A stretch of DNA of 64,000 nucleotides from Candidatus Poribacteria bacterium (GCA_963663765.2 CAXXUA010000005.1:928001-992000), one strand, 5' to 3'. Shown: positions 50,111-60,597, counted from the first letter of the stretch. Numbers and translations: made by a program. Notes: generated from the letters alone by a model not told the origin.

Positions 50111-52408
50111 TTACTTGAGAATAACCATTCGACGGGAAGCAGAGAAATCCTCAGTTTGGAGCGAATAGAAATACACACCGCTTGAAACATGTTCACCTGT
50201 ATCGTTCTTGCCATCCCAATAAGCTGCTGTTGAATTTGTCATGTATGAACCAATTGATTTGCGACCCAAGTTTAGCGAACGAATTGTACTACCGGAAATA
50301 TCGTAAATCTTAATCATGACATTGGTGTCACGGTTTAGTTGATAAGGTATCCATGTTTCTGGATTGAACGGGTTCGGGAAATTCTGTCCCAACATCGTCT
50401 CTTTGGGACGTATATCCCCTACTCGCATTTGCACCGCAATATATGCGTTGTAAATATCCGATGTTTGGACTGTGCGTTCATAAGGTCCGGATACAATCGT
50501 ACCGTGCTCATCAACGAGTGCGATCTCAATCTTATCCCCGACTTCAACGACACTGTTGCGGTTCAGATCTGCCCAAACGGCAGAAACCTGTTGCTTATCA
50601 GTGCTAACCTTTTCAGATGTGACAACACCTGTGCGTAAGTTTTTTGCCACTATGGTGTATGTTGTCTCTGCGGTTTTATCTTGTATATCGGTAGTGACGA
50701 CAAATGCCCATGCACTATTTGCAGTAGGGATTTTGGGTGCTGCAGCAGCATCCTCAGTTGGAATGTTTTTCCATCTCGTACCTGTGAATGTGAATTCACC
50801 TCCGGCTGGGGTATTTACGATATAACCACTGCCACCATCAATACCGAAACCATCACCTTCTTCAGCTGCGGAGTAACCGACATAACTTTGTATTTTCGCA
50901 TCTAACTTGATGACAACCGTTGCACCTAACTTTGTTGCGAGTGATTTCGCTGTGAAGGGTTCTGCTGGCATCAATGGAACAGAAATCATATTCAATCCAG
51001 TACCAAGCGTCACATCAAAACTTGTTGGGATTTCAGGTTCTTCAATAGGAGTGATTGTTAGCGTTGCTACCGGTTCTGTCCAAGCAAATGCTTCACTCAC
51101 ATCCCCAACACCTTGAATGCCGGGATGTGGACTGATGACACCACCTTCTGTTTGAACACGAGCGTTGCTATCCGCCGGATCCGCTTCTGCATCTAAACCG
51201 AGTGGACCAGGAATATCGGATGCAAGTTCTGTATTGTCTTCACTACCCGCATCGTAAGACATCAACTCTAACGTTGTTGACATAGGCATACCATTTTCAT
51301 CAAACAAGGGAACATTCGAAGCAGCAATGAATGCATCATTCGTTGAAACTAACATTGAAGCGAATGTTAACGCATGGTTTAACACATTACCTCTTAACCT
51401 AACGGTAACAGAACCACCAGGAACGACAACGTTTTCTGCAACAACGGTATCTGCACCAATAGAAGTCGCAACTGCTAATATGCCAGAGACATCTCCATTT
51501 TCAGCAAGGTCAACAAGCACAGGGGCAGCGGGTTGACCAACAGGGGCAAGATCATCCACAGTTTGAAAGTGTGCTGCAAAAAATGGATGTGAGAATATTT
51601 GTCCACCCATGCCAGGTTCACCCGTGGTCAGATTGGTCAACTTAATCTCAAACATGTGCTCGCCAACAATTGGGGGTATCTCCGGAAGGGGGACATCATC
51701 CGGTCCTTGACCAGTACCGTCAGGAGGTAGTCCTGTGGCAGAATCACCAACAAGGTTGTATCTTTCCACTTCATATACGATACCTTGATCGTCTTGATAC
51801 TTCACTGGACCAATATCCGGTCCTAACCATTGAAAAGATTCGGATCGCAGCGTTGTAAGTGCGGTAACGGTTTTTCTGTTTATTTGTAGTTTAACGCAGT
51901 TCTCAATTGTATGACCAGATATCATAACATCTTCAATTGCGACAACTTCTATGGTACTTGTCGTAGTTGCTGTTCCGACCAAATTCAGTTCAGTAACCGT
52001 CGTAATATCCCACGTTCTTCCGAGTGGTAAATCTGCTGGAAAGAACAGAGCAGGCGGGTCAAGCATTGCTGCTGCAATGCCAAATGTGCCTTCTTCCAAA
52101 TGTGTGCGATGAAGTTTCAGATCACCTTCATCATCAGAAATATAATAAACATCGTCATCTACTGTGTCAGTCCCAAGTGTTTCAGTTAATATTCTCAGGA
52201 TGAAAATACCTTCATCTCCATCTGTATCTGTATCAGATTCCTCAATAGTATAGGTGCGACGTTCAGCACCATCCTCACTCAGGAAAACCCACGAATTACC
52301 GATACTTGTCGGATAATAATCTTGTGCTGTTGCTGAAAGTGCAAAAATACAGATAAGGCTTAGAACTAAAGAAAGTTTTAGCCAATTTAAATGTCTGTTC
52401 TTATTCAA
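50111..52408 (-). CDS. Secreted protein: YYP domain, Spondin_N-like domain and FlgD-Ig/CTD-like tail
   Basis: AQDYYPTSIGNSW; LAENGD..ASMLVSTNDAF..YDAGSEDNTE; QNFPNPFNPETWIPYQL..WDGKN..SGVYFY..RRMVILK. Confidence 0.82.
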   Translation of the reverse strand: MNKNRHLNWLKLSLVLSLICIFALSATAQDYYPTSIGNSWVFLSEDGAERRTYTIEESDTDTDGDEGIFILRILTETLGTDTVDDDVYYISDDEGDLKLHRTHLEEGTFGIAAAMLDPPALFFPADLPLGRTWDITTVTELNLVGTATTTSTIEVVAIEDVMISGHTIENCVKLQINRKTVTALTTLRSESFQWLGPDIGPVKYQDDQGIVYEVERYNLVGDSATGLPPDGTGQGPDDVPLPEIPPIVGEHMFEIKLTNLTTGEPGMGGQIFSHPFFAAHFQTVDDLAPVGQPAAPVLVDLAENGDVSGILAVATSIGADTVVAENVVVPGGSVTVRLRGNVLNHALTFASMLVSTNDAFIAASNVPLFDENGMPMSTTLELMSYDAGSEDNTELASDIPGPLGLDAEADPADSNARVQTEGGVISPHPGIQGVGDVSEAFAWTEPVATLTITPIEEPEIPTSFDVTLGTGLNMISVPLMPAEPFTAKSLATKLGATVVIKLDAKIQSYVGYSAAEEGDGFGIDGGSGYIVNTPAGGEFTFTGTRWKNIPTEDAAAAPKIPTANSAWAFVVTTDIQDKTAETTYTIVAKNLRTGVVTSEKVSTDKQQVSAVWADLNRNSVVEVGDKIEIALVDEHGTIVSGPYERTVQTSDIYNAYIAVQMRVGDIRPKETMLGQNFPNPFNPETWIPYQLNRDTNVMIKIYDISGSTIRSLNLGRKSIGSYMTNSTAAYWDGKNDTGEHVSSGVYFYSLQTEDFSASRRMVILK

Positions 52409-52626
52409 AGTTTTTCTCCTTGTTTAGAATTAAAATCTATGTGAACTAAAAAATGGTGGAATATCACGTCAACTGTTTGGAATACAGTATTCGGTGTCGT
52501 ATCCTGTGCATCATAGCGGATGTCGTCCTGTTCAGATATGTAACGATATCCTAACCACATACCGATTGCCATAAACAGGATACCAATGGCTACGACAATT
52601 AATACCACTTTCCAAGAGGTCACCAT
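52405..52626 (-). CDS. Small single-TM membrane protein
   Basis: 73 aa with an N-terminal hydrophobic helix; its stop overlaps the next start. Confidence 0.55.
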   Translation of the reverse strand: MVTSWKVVLIVVAIGILFMAIGMWLGYRYISEQDDIRYDAQDTTPNTVFQTVDVIFHHFLVHIDFNSKQGEKL

Positions 52627-52765
52627 TTAATCATTCCAAGTGTTGGTTGATGGTAATTACATTTTATCAAATTTGTTAACGTCGTTTCAAGATGAATTAC
52701 AGGGATATTTATTATTAAGTATGTATTTTCCGTTTGCTCTACCCAACCTACGATACTCCTCACAG

Positions 52766-53788
52766 TTACCTCACATTAATAGTTACTGTAATAGTTACTG
52801 TAGATTTACCTATATTATTTTCTGCAAAAAGCGTTATTGTACCTACTATCGGGGCATTTTCAAAACTACCCGCAACCCATAGGTCATGCTTTTTTTGCGC
52901 GTTGGTTGAAAATCCTGTGCCGTCACCCGGTTTAACAATTTCTCCAGATACATTTTCTATGCCTAAGTTATGTACTTCCGATGCATAGTCTTCAACATTT
53001 GCGAGTATCTTTGCATTAAGTATTCCACCGAGTCGCGATCCAGTGACTTGAAACTCAAGGGATGGCAGCTGCCACACTGGACGATTCTGAGCATTGATCA
53101 CAGGTTTATCAAACTTTTTCAAACTGACTAACTCAAACTCTTTTCCGTCACTACCTTCATATTTAACGGGTCCGATATCAGGTGCTAACCATTGATAAGA
53201 CGTGGTTGGGTCAACATTAAGAAATGTGCTCATGATCGATACTGTCAACTTCACTTTAGCACAGTTCCGAAATGTTCCAGATAGTGTCACAACATCTTCA
53301 AAATCAACAACTTCAAAATCGCTGGTGCTATCTATAGTAATATCAGTTCCTGATAGGTTTACTGTTATTTCGGCAGGTATCTGCCATTCATCTCCTGGCT
53401 CTAATACAATTGGGAAAAAAGTAACTGGTGTTGGAAAATTCGCTGATACGGCTGTTTTTTGATTTAAAAAGTCAAATTCCAAGTCAGTTTTGTGCAGTTT
53501 AAGTGCTTCATCATCAACAGTCACAAAATACTTGTCAGTATCAACGATTTTGTCGGTGCTAGTATTTTGTGTTTCAGTTTTCAGCAGAATAAGGTCTTGA
53601 TCAGCTATGTCTTCTGGTTGTTCAAGTGAATAAGTAATTCTTTGCACATTGTTAGTTCCATCTAAAACCCATTCATTACCTATTACAGCGGGATAATAAT
53701 TCTGTGCCATTGCTGTATACGTGAAACTACAGGTAAAACATAACACTAAAAGTGCTTTGAGTGAAGTCCAAAATATTGTGTTTTTCAT
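52766..53788 (-). CDS. Secreted YYP..IGN.W beta-domain protein with Ig-like tail
   Basis: AQNYYPAVIGNEW, EDVVTLSGTFRNCAKV, WLAPDIGPVK. Confidence 0.72.
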   Translation of the reverse strand: MKNTIFWTSLKALLVLCFTCSFTYTAMAQNYYPAVIGNEWVLDGTNNVQRITYSLEQPEDIADQDLILLKTETQNTSTDKIVDTDKYFVTVDDEALKLHKTDLEFDFLNQKTAVSANFPTPVTFFPIVLEPGDEWQIPAEITVNLSGTDITIDSTSDFEVVDFEDVVTLSGTFRNCAKVKLTVSIMSTFLNVDPTTSYQWLAPDIGPVKYEGSDGKEFELVSLKKFDKPVINAQNRPVWQLPSLEFQVTGSRLGGILNAKILANVEDYASEVHNLGIENVSGEIVKPGDGTGFSTNAQKKHDLWVAGSFENAPIVGTITLFAENNIGKSTVTITVTINVR

Positions 53789-53834
53789 GACGGTGACGTT
53801 CTATGCCTCGGTTATTTTGACTGTTGTGACTTTA

Positions 53835-53863
53835 TTGACTTTTTCAAAAATACGTGTGATAAT
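53835..53863 (+). promoter_or_regulatory. Sigma70-type promoter
   Basis: TTGACT-17bp-GATAAT upstream of the SDR gene. Confidence 0.55.
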
Positions 53864-53957
53864 GTATACATGTTACACAAATTACAATAGAATTACAAGT
53901 TAAAACAACGAAAATTACTTGGTTTTTTCTGCATTTGCTAAGAATTCGTAAAGGAGA

Positions 53958-54695
53958 ATGTTGATGCGGTTGGATGGACGCGTGGCAATTGTAACGGGTG
54001 GGGGTGGCGGTATTGGAAAAGCAACATGTTTAACGTTTGCACGCGAAGGCGCGGATGTTGTTATCCCAGAAGTAAATATGACAAATGCTGAGGAAGCATC
54101 AAAAGAGATAATTGCACTCGGAAGACGGTGTATCGTAATTGAGACAGATGTTGCAGATGGTGAATCTGTGCGCGCAATGGTGAACAGAACTCGTGAAGAA
54201 TTTGGACGGATTGACATATTAGTAAATAACGCAGGTATCTTCAGTTATACTCGGATAGACGCATGCACGGAAGCGGAGTGGGATAGGATGTTGGCAGTTA
54301 ACCTCAAAGGTCCCTTCCTCTGTTCACAGGCAGTGATGGAGACGATGAAGGAGCAAAGGTTTGGTCGTATTATCAATCTCGGTTCGTTAGCAGGACAGGT
54401 AGGCGGATTAGTTGCGTCTGCGCCTTATTCCGCATCAAAAGCAGGGGTCATGTGTTTAACAAAATCCTTTGCACGTGTCTTAGGTGAGTATGGAGTTACG
54501 GTCAACTCCATCGCACCGGGAATAGCAGCAACTGATATGGCGAAGAACCACCCCGACATGACAGACCAAATCCCATTAGGACGCGTCGCAGACCCATCAG
54601 AAGTAGCAAACGTTATTCTCTTCCTTGCTTCAGAAGAGGGACAATATATAACAGGGGCAACATTGGATGTCAACGGCGGCATTCGAATGGGATAA
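53958..54695 (+). CDS. SDR family (FabG-like) oxidoreductase
   Basis: TGGGGGIG, NNAGI, YSASK, ITGATLDVNGG. Confidence 0.92.
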   Translation: MLMRLDGRVAIVTGGGGGIGKATCLTFAREGADVVIPEVNMTNAEEASKEIIALGRRCIVIETDVADGESVRAMVNRTREEFGRIDILVNNAGIFSYTRIDACTEAEWDRMLAVNLKGPFLCSQAVMETMKEQRFGRIINLGSLAGQVGGLVASAPYSASKAGVMCLTKSFARVLGEYGVTVNSIAPGIAATDMAKNHPDMTDQIPLGRVADPSEVANVILFLASEEGQYITGATLDVNGGIRMG

Positions 54696-54730
54696 TCAAG
54701 ATAATCTATCCCAAAAAGGACAATCGCCTC

Positions 54731-56635
54731 ATGCAAAAAACACTGTTTCTGATTTTAGCGATTGCGTTCTCAATATGCATTGTACCCCAATACTCATCCG
54801 CACAAGACACGCAAGATTGGCAGTTGCGGAACTTACCTAAAGGTGCGAAAGCAAGACTCGGTAAAGGTGCAATAACTGGAAATGTAACGTTTTCCACCGA
54901 AGGTAAACGTATAGCAGTCGCTTGCAGTACCGGTATATGGATTTATGACGCAGAGACAGGTGAACCACTCAAACTACTGACTGGACATACGAAGAACGTC
55001 ATGAGCGTTGCGTTCAGTCCTGACGGGACACTGTTGGCAAGTGCAAGCTACGATAGCACCGTGCGTCTGTGGGATGCACGCACCGGCACTGAACTTCAAG
55101 TATTGCGAGGTCATAAGGACGGAACCAGAACGGTAGCGTTCAACTCGGATAGTTCTTTGTTAGCAAGTGGCAGTGATGATAAAACCATCCGTTTGTGGGA
55201 TGTGCAAACCGGAACACACCTGCGGACACTGACAAGGCATGAAGAACATGTCATAAGCGTTGCATTTAGTCCTGATGGACAGACGCTGGCAAGTGCAAGT
55301 GATGACCAAACCATGCGACTCTGGAATGTACAGACGGGGACGTTGGTGCGAATGGCCAAACTATATGAAACAGATAGAATCAAAACCGTTACTTTTAGTC
55401 CAGACGGTAAAACTGTAGCGACTGGCAGTAATTACAAAGCCGCTTATCTGTGGGACGCACAGACAGGTGAATTTCTCAGTGCGTTAGAAGGACAAGATAA
55501 TTCAGATAGTCATAATGCTGACGTTATGTCTGTTACTTTCAGTCCGGATGGATCAGAACTGGCAACTGCAAGCCAGGACTATACCGCACGACTGTGGGAC
55601 GCACAGACAGGTAAATCGGTAATGGTGTTAAGAGGACATACCTCTTATGTCCATAGCATCACATTCAGTCCAGATGGGAAAAGGTTGTGGACTGGTAGTT
55701 GGGACGGCACCTTATGTTTGTGGAACGCAAATACTGGCACGCAGCTTCGGACGATAAAGGGACACACGTATCATATTAATAGTATCGCATTCAGTCCGGA
55801 TGGAAAAACTTTAGTAGCAGGAAGTTCAAGCAATAGCGTTCATTTATGGAATACACAGACAGGGGAAATACAGCAAGAACTCAAGGGACACACGATGAGA
55901 GTCGAAGCCGTTGCATATAGTCCTGATGGGAAAACCATAGCTACTTCCAGCGGAAGAGAGACTATTCGTTTATGGAACGCACAAACAGGAGAATTAAGTC
56001 TAGAACTCAAAAGACGTACAAGCTCAATCAATAACATTGTTTTCCATCCAGACGGTATACAACTCTTCAGTGCGGGTTTTGGGGACAGCGACGTGCATGT
56101 TTGGGATCTGCAAAAAAACGAAATAAAAAATATTCTGTTAGAAGACACGGTAATGGTTAACAACGTGGCGTGTCATCCAGCAGGAGAACAATTAGCGGGA
56201 GGCCGTTGGGATGGAACTGTACTGATTTGGGATATAAACACCAATAAAGTAGCCTTTCGTTTGAAAGGTCATAGGAGGCATGTGGAAGCCGTTGCGTATA
56301 GTCCAAATGGGTCTCTGTTAGCGAGTGCTGCGGAGGATGGAACTGTGCATCTGTGGAATCCGCAGACAGGTGAATCTGTACGGATACTCCATACAAAAGA
56401 CAAAAGGAACCGTTGTGTTGCCTTCAGTCCAGATGGCAAGATACTGGCAATTGGTGGTTGGGATGGAACCTTGTATCTGTGGGATGTACATACCGGATCC
56501 CCTATTATTGAGTTGAAAGGACATACGTATTATGTAAATAGTGTTGCGTTTAGTCCTGACAGAAAAATCCTCGCAAGTTGCAGTGATGATGGCACCGTGT
56601 TGTTGTGGGATCTCACCGGTGGTGTTGTGGATTAG
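54731..56635 (+). CDS. Secreted WD40-repeat protein
   Basis: Signal peptide, LPKGAKARLGKG leader, WD40 repeats. Confidence 0.93.
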   Translation: MQKTLFLILAIAFSICIVPQYSSAQDTQDWQLRNLPKGAKARLGKGAITGNVTFSTEGKRIAVACSTGIWIYDAETGEPLKLLTGHTKNVMSVAFSPDGTLLASASYDSTVRLWDARTGTELQVLRGHKDGTRTVAFNSDSSLLASGSDDKTIRLWDVQTGTHLRTLTRHEEHVISVAFSPDGQTLASASDDQTMRLWNVQTGTLVRMAKLYETDRIKTVTFSPDGKTVATGSNYKAAYLWDAQTGEFLSALEGQDNSDSHNADVMSVTFSPDGSELATASQDYTARLWDAQTGKSVMVLRGHTSYVHSITFSPDGKRLWTGSWDGTLCLWNANTGTQLRTIKGHTYHINSIAFSPDGKTLVAGSSSNSVHLWNTQTGEIQQELKGHTMRVEAVAYSPDGKTIATSSGRETIRLWNAQTGELSLELKRRTSSINNIVFHPDGIQLFSAGFGDSDVHVWDLQKNEIKNILLEDTVMVNNVACHPAGEQLAGGRWDGTVLIWDINTNKVAFRLKGHRRHVEAVAYSPNGSLLASAAEDGTVHLWNPQTGESVRILHTKDKRNRCVAFSPDGKILAIGGWDGTLYLWDVHTGSPIIELKGHTYYVNSVAFSPDRKILASCSDDGTVLLWDLTGGVVD

Positions 56636-56664
56636 TTTGCTGGTAGGATGAGTAACGCGAAACC

Positions 56665-56715
56665 CATAGGTGTCAATTTAAACAAAATTTGCAGTCCTTT
56701 CTCTTGTGGGAAGGC
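56665..56715. mobile_element. Truncated CATAGG-family MITE (left end only) in a GTAGGATG REP
   Basis: CATAGGTGTCAATTTAA...CTCTTGTGGGAAGG matches the left parts of the 19671 and 49963 copies. Confidence 0.65.
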
Positions 56716-56741
56716 TTTGTAAGACCTATTTCTTTGTAGGA

Positions 56742-56985
56742 GCGACGGTATTCAAAGACGGTCGCGACCAGGAGGTCGCTCCTACAAAGGGCGACGGTAT
56801 TCAAAGACGGTCGCGACAAGGAGGTCGCTCCTACAAAGGGCGACGGTATTCAAAGACGGTCGCGACAAGGAGGTCGCTCCTACAAAGGGCGACGGTATTC
56901 AAAGATGGACTCGACAAGGAGGTCGCTCCTACAAAGGGCGACGGTATTCAAAGACGGTCGCGACCAGGAGGTCGCTCCTACAAAG
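56742..56985. repeat. 5 x 49-bp tandem REP array
   Basis: GCGACGGTATTCAAAGACGGTCGCGACMAGGAGGTCGCTCCTACAAAGG at 56742, 56791, 56840, 56889 and 56938; no unique spacers. Confidence 0.92.
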
Positions 56986-57017
56986 AGGGGGTAACACTGC
57001 AATTCAGACAAATAAGA

Positions 57018-58364
57018 TTAAGACAAGTCTTTGAGGCTACCCGTGCTATCCCCTAACTGTCTCACATTCACATCCATTCTGTTTAGCATAGATACCCAAA
57101 GGTTGTTCAATGGGGTTTCCTTCGGATACTTGATATGTCGTCCACTCTTGAGTGTACCACAACCTTGACCTGCTAATATAATTGGCAAATCATGGTGGCT
57201 GTGCCGATTCCCATCAGAATTTCCGCTACCGTATAAAATCATGGAATGGTCAAGTAAGGAACCTTCTCCCTCAGGAATGGAGTCAAGTTTTTCCAGTAGA
57301 TATGCGAGTTGCTCTGTATGGAAAACATTAATCTTCCGAATTTTTTCTACCTTCCCTTTATCGCCACCGTGATGTGACAGATTATGGTGTCCTTGCGTGA
57401 CTTTGATAGATGGATATGTTTTGTTGCTACCTTCGTTTGCCAATGTGAAGGTTGCAATTCGCGTTACATCTGTTTGGAATGAAAGCACGATCAGGTCTAA
57501 CATCAGACGCACATGCTCTTGGAAGTTGGCAGGTATCTTCTCAGGTGCAATATATTCAGGATTTTCTAATGCTGGAAACTTTTCTGCAGATTCAATCCGC
57601 ATTTCAATATCCCGAATAGCAGAGAAGTATTCATCAAGTTTTCGAGCATCGTTTCCGCTGACTTGTTGGATGAGGTCTTTTGAATCCTGCTGTACAAAGT
57701 CCAAAATACTCTTTCGTTGTTCATCGCGCTGTCGTTTCTGTGCGTTAGGTTCAGTGATGAACATACGTTCAAAAGCAAGTTTCGGATTTACCTCTTTCGG
57801 CAGAGGTTGCGTAGCAGACTTCCAAGCCATCGTTGCTGAATAAACGCAGCTATAACCTGAATCGCAATTCCCCGCTCTGTAACCGGGTTCAATCCCGAGT
57901 TCAAGCGAAGGTAAACGCGTTTGCTTACCGATATGTGACGCCGCTGCTTGGTCAACAGAAATCCCCGCGTGAATGTCAGTGCCGCTGGTTTTGCGCGGCT
58001 GTGCACCTGTCAAGAACGCTGCCATCGCTCTGGCGTGGTCACCCCCGCCATCTCCATTTGCGCGTGCCTTATCAGCTGTCAATCCGCTCAGAACCAACAT
58101 TTTCTCTCTTACATTTGCAAGCGGTTTTAGGATGTTTGTGAGTTCATAGTCCGCACCCACCTGTGTCGGTGTCCAGTTCTCCATTATTTTCCCATTGGGA
58201 ACATAGAGAAATGCCATCCGATTTGGTATCATTTGCTTGGTCGCACCTGTAGTAGCTGCGGTTGCCCAGTTTGTAAGCGGACCCATAGTTTCTAACCACG
58301 GTAAAGCAATACTGACACCTAACCCGCGCAAAAATGTACGTCGTGAAAGTCTTGGTGTTTCCAT
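57018..58364 (-). CDS. DUF1552 domain protein (Tat signal)
   Basis: SRRTFLRGLG..LP.LE, FLYVPNG, SVDQ, CDSGYSC.Y, HHNLSHH, SDGNRH.H.DLP, NLWVSML. Confidence 0.88.
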   Translation of the reverse strand: METPRLSRRTFLRGLGVSIALPWLETMGPLTNWATAATTGATKQMIPNRMAFLYVPNGKIMENWTPTQVGADYELTNILKPLANVREKMLVLSGLTADKARANGDGGGDHARAMAAFLTGAQPRKTSGTDIHAGISVDQAAASHIGKQTRLPSLELGIEPGYRAGNCDSGYSCVYSATMAWKSATQPLPKEVNPKLAFERMFITEPNAQKRQRDEQRKSILDFVQQDSKDLIQQVSGNDARKLDEYFSAIRDIEMRIESAEKFPALENPEYIAPEKIPANFQEHVRLMLDLIVLSFQTDVTRIATFTLANEGSNKTYPSIKVTQGHHNLSHHGGDKGKVEKIRKINVFHTEQLAYLLEKLDSIPEGEGSLLDHSMILYGSGNSDGNRHSHHDLPIILAGQGCGTLKSGRHIKYPKETPLNNLWVSMLNRMDVNVRQLGDSTGSLKDLS

Positions 58365-58446
58365 AACTATTGTTCTTTACTCCTTTTCATCATTTCTATA
58401 AGTTTCCAGCGCGCTTACAAAGCACGTCTACCGTTCCGTTTTCTTG

Positions 58447-59442
58447 TTACATTTGTAGTAGAGTATTCTCTCCATCAATGATTGACCTTGCCAATGCCCA
58501 ATCCAATCGGCGGCGATAATATCTATCTCGACGTAATCCCTTGAACGCTGTCAAAAACACATCGTGTGTTTTCTCACGAATGTTCGTCAATTTCGCGTTG
58601 AGTTTATCTATATCCACATCCCAAGGTACACAGATTTTCGTAATAGAACGGCAATGATCACATACACGATACTCACCTAATTCTGCAGGCGGGCAGAAAC
58701 GGATAGAGGCAGAAACGGTGTTATCTATGGCGAAAAGTCCCAAATTACCTTTCGGGTCATTGAACACAATACTACGATTACGAGAACGCGGTGGTAGATG
58801 CCTCTGCAGCTCACTGATTGTACCGAGAAATTGGTTGTTACGCCACATCCTAACATCCGATGTCATATTCGGATCAAACAGGGCAAGACCTACCGGATGT
58901 TCAGTATCTTCAAACATATAACTTGTGTTTCGGGTTTTATCCTCCTGAGTTGTTGTTCCATTTTGCGTCTGCGGTACTAAAGAGATGAAATCACATAACC
59001 TGTGCAGGAACAATCCACTCCGAATAAACGCCTCAGGGATAATCGCTGCGACCCATTTGCAATTTGTTAAGCATTGTTCAAGTGCATACTTATAGAGATC
59101 ATCATAGCGCGTTGCTTCAGGAAACGGTAATCCGCGTCGTGTTGCGGAGTTTCGAGCCAACCACGGTGGATTGGTAATGCATACATTATATCCAGTTGGA
59201 AAGTCCGTAAGTGTATCCTGTTGTACAATCCCTTTTGCTCCCGGCTCAATGTCATAAAATTCCCAATTCTGACACACTAAACCCGCTGAATCAATCAATT
59301 GTGGAATGTCCTTTGCACCCGCAAAAGGCTCTAATATAGTCTGTTGTTCTAACTTTACCTCTTTTGTCCATCTTTGGAACGGTTCCCATTGAAAGGGGTT
59401 TCCACGCGTGTAATACCGTCCATTTGCACGTTTTTTATCCAT
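58447..59442 (-). CDS. Orphan amino-MTase-fold protein (gamma order)
   Basis: GRYYT, LEPFAG, then ITNPPW, DLYKYALE, AIIPEAF. Confidence 0.72.
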   Translation of the reverse strand: MDKKRANGRYYTRGNPFQWEPFQRWTKEVKLEQQTILEPFAGAKDIPQLIDSAGLVCQNWEFYDIEPGAKGIVQQDTLTDFPTGYNVCITNPPWLARNSATRRGLPFPEATRYDDLYKYALEQCLTNCKWVAAIIPEAFIRSGLFLHRLCDFISLVPQTQNGTTTQEDKTRNTSYMFEDTEHPVGLALFDPNMTSDVRMWRNNQFLGTISELQRHLPPRSRNRSIVFNDPKGNLGLFAIDNTVSASIRFCPPAELGEYRVCDHCRSITKICVPWDVDIDKLNAKLTNIREKTHDVFLTAFKGLRRDRYYRRRLDWALARSIIDGENTLLQM

Positions 59443-59480
59443 TTGCTTATGTTATGTTTGATAGAGATTCCACAGAACTG

Positions 59481-60530
59481 TTAAAACATTGGTGCACCTT
59501 GTGCTTCAACAAATACAGAATAAAGCGATTGACTCGCAGTCATAAAGAGTCTATTTCTTTTAACGCCACCAAAGCAGATATTAGAACAAATTTCTGGTAA
59601 ATGTATCTTACCGATGCGTTTTCCATCAGGTGCAAAGATATGTACACCATCAAAACCTTCACCGACCCAACCCGCACCAGCCCACACATTGCCATCGGTA
59701 TCGCACCGAAGTCCGTCAGCAGCACCGGGTTTCATCTCGTGGAACACCTGTTTTTTACCTAACCGCTCACCGTCTACCACATCAAAGACAACGATGTTTT
59801 TGGGTGTTCCAGTGTCAGCGACATAGAGTTTATCATATTTCGGGGAAAAACATAACCCATTCGGTTTTTCAAGCACATCCGTAACGACTGTGGCGTTGCC
59901 AGTCTCAGGATCAAGGCGATAAACATTTGTAGGCAGTTCAAATTCGGCTTTATGTCCTTCATAATTGAACATAATACCGTAACCTGGGTCTGTAAACCAG
60001 ATATGTCCATCAGGATGGACGATTGCATCATTCGGGGCGTTGAACGGTTTTCCGTTGAACTTGTCAATCAGGACAGTAATTGTGCCATCATATTCGGTTC
60101 GTGTGACGCGCCGTGTGCCGTGTTCACAACTGATGAGTCTGCCTTGCCGGTCGCGCGTATGTCCGTTGGTATAATTTGATGGTTTGCGGTAGACGTTAAC
60201 TTTTCCAGTAGCTTCCTGCCATTTCAGGATACGGTTGTTTGGAATATCACTCCAAAGAAGAAATCCACCATCACCGAACCAGACAGGACCTTCCGACCAA
60301 CGCGCACCTGTCCACAACCGTTCCACAACAGCGTTTCCGATCTTGATTTTTTCAAAACGCGGATCAACAACTTCTACTGCCGGGTCAGGGTAACGTTTGA
60401 TAGTTTTACCGTCGGGGAATGTGTCTGCCCAACTGGTCAATGCGCCTAATGTACCTAACATCGGCAATGCAGCACCGATCCCCACGTTTTGAATAAAAGA
60501 TCGTCGTGAAAGCTGTTCTGTTGTCTTCAT
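59481..60530 (-). CDS. SMP-30/gluconolactonase family, Tat-exported
   Basis: SRRSFI Tat motif; WSEGPVW, NAPND, PNGLCFSP, ADGLRCD, NICFGG. Confidence 0.92.
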   Translation of the reverse strand: MKTTEQLSRRSFIQNVGIGAALPMLGTLGALTSWADTFPDGKTIKRYPDPAVEVVDPRFEKIKIGNAVVERLWTGARWSEGPVWFGDGGFLLWSDIPNNRILKWQEATGKVNVYRKPSNYTNGHTRDRQGRLISCEHGTRRVTRTEYDGTITVLIDKFNGKPFNAPNDAIVHPDGHIWFTDPGYGIMFNYEGHKAEFELPTNVYRLDPETGNATVVTDVLEKPNGLCFSPKYDKLYVADTGTPKNIVVFDVVDGERLGKKQVFHEMKPGAADGLRCDTDGNVWAGAGWVGEGFDGVHIFAPDGKRIGKIHLPEICSNICFGGVKRNRLFMTASQSLYSVFVEAQGAPMF

Positions 60531-60553
60531 AATAAATCTCACCGTTTAGGAAT

Positions 60554-60582
60554 AGTCTACCACACGCGAAGGTAATTGTCAA
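60554..60582 (-). promoter_or_regulatory. Sigma70-type promoter
   Basis: TTGACA-17bp-TAGACT with a TG extension, close to the start codon. Confidence 0.6.
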
Positions 60583-60597
60583 GCAATTTCACCTACT

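Noticed and set aside
56742-56985. Possible CRISPR array
   Set aside because: The whole 49-bp unit is repeated, there are no unique spacers and no cas genes. It is a REP tandem.
56706-57056. 116-aa repetitive ORF
   Set aside because: It is a translation of the 49-bp array cycling through frames, with no RBS.
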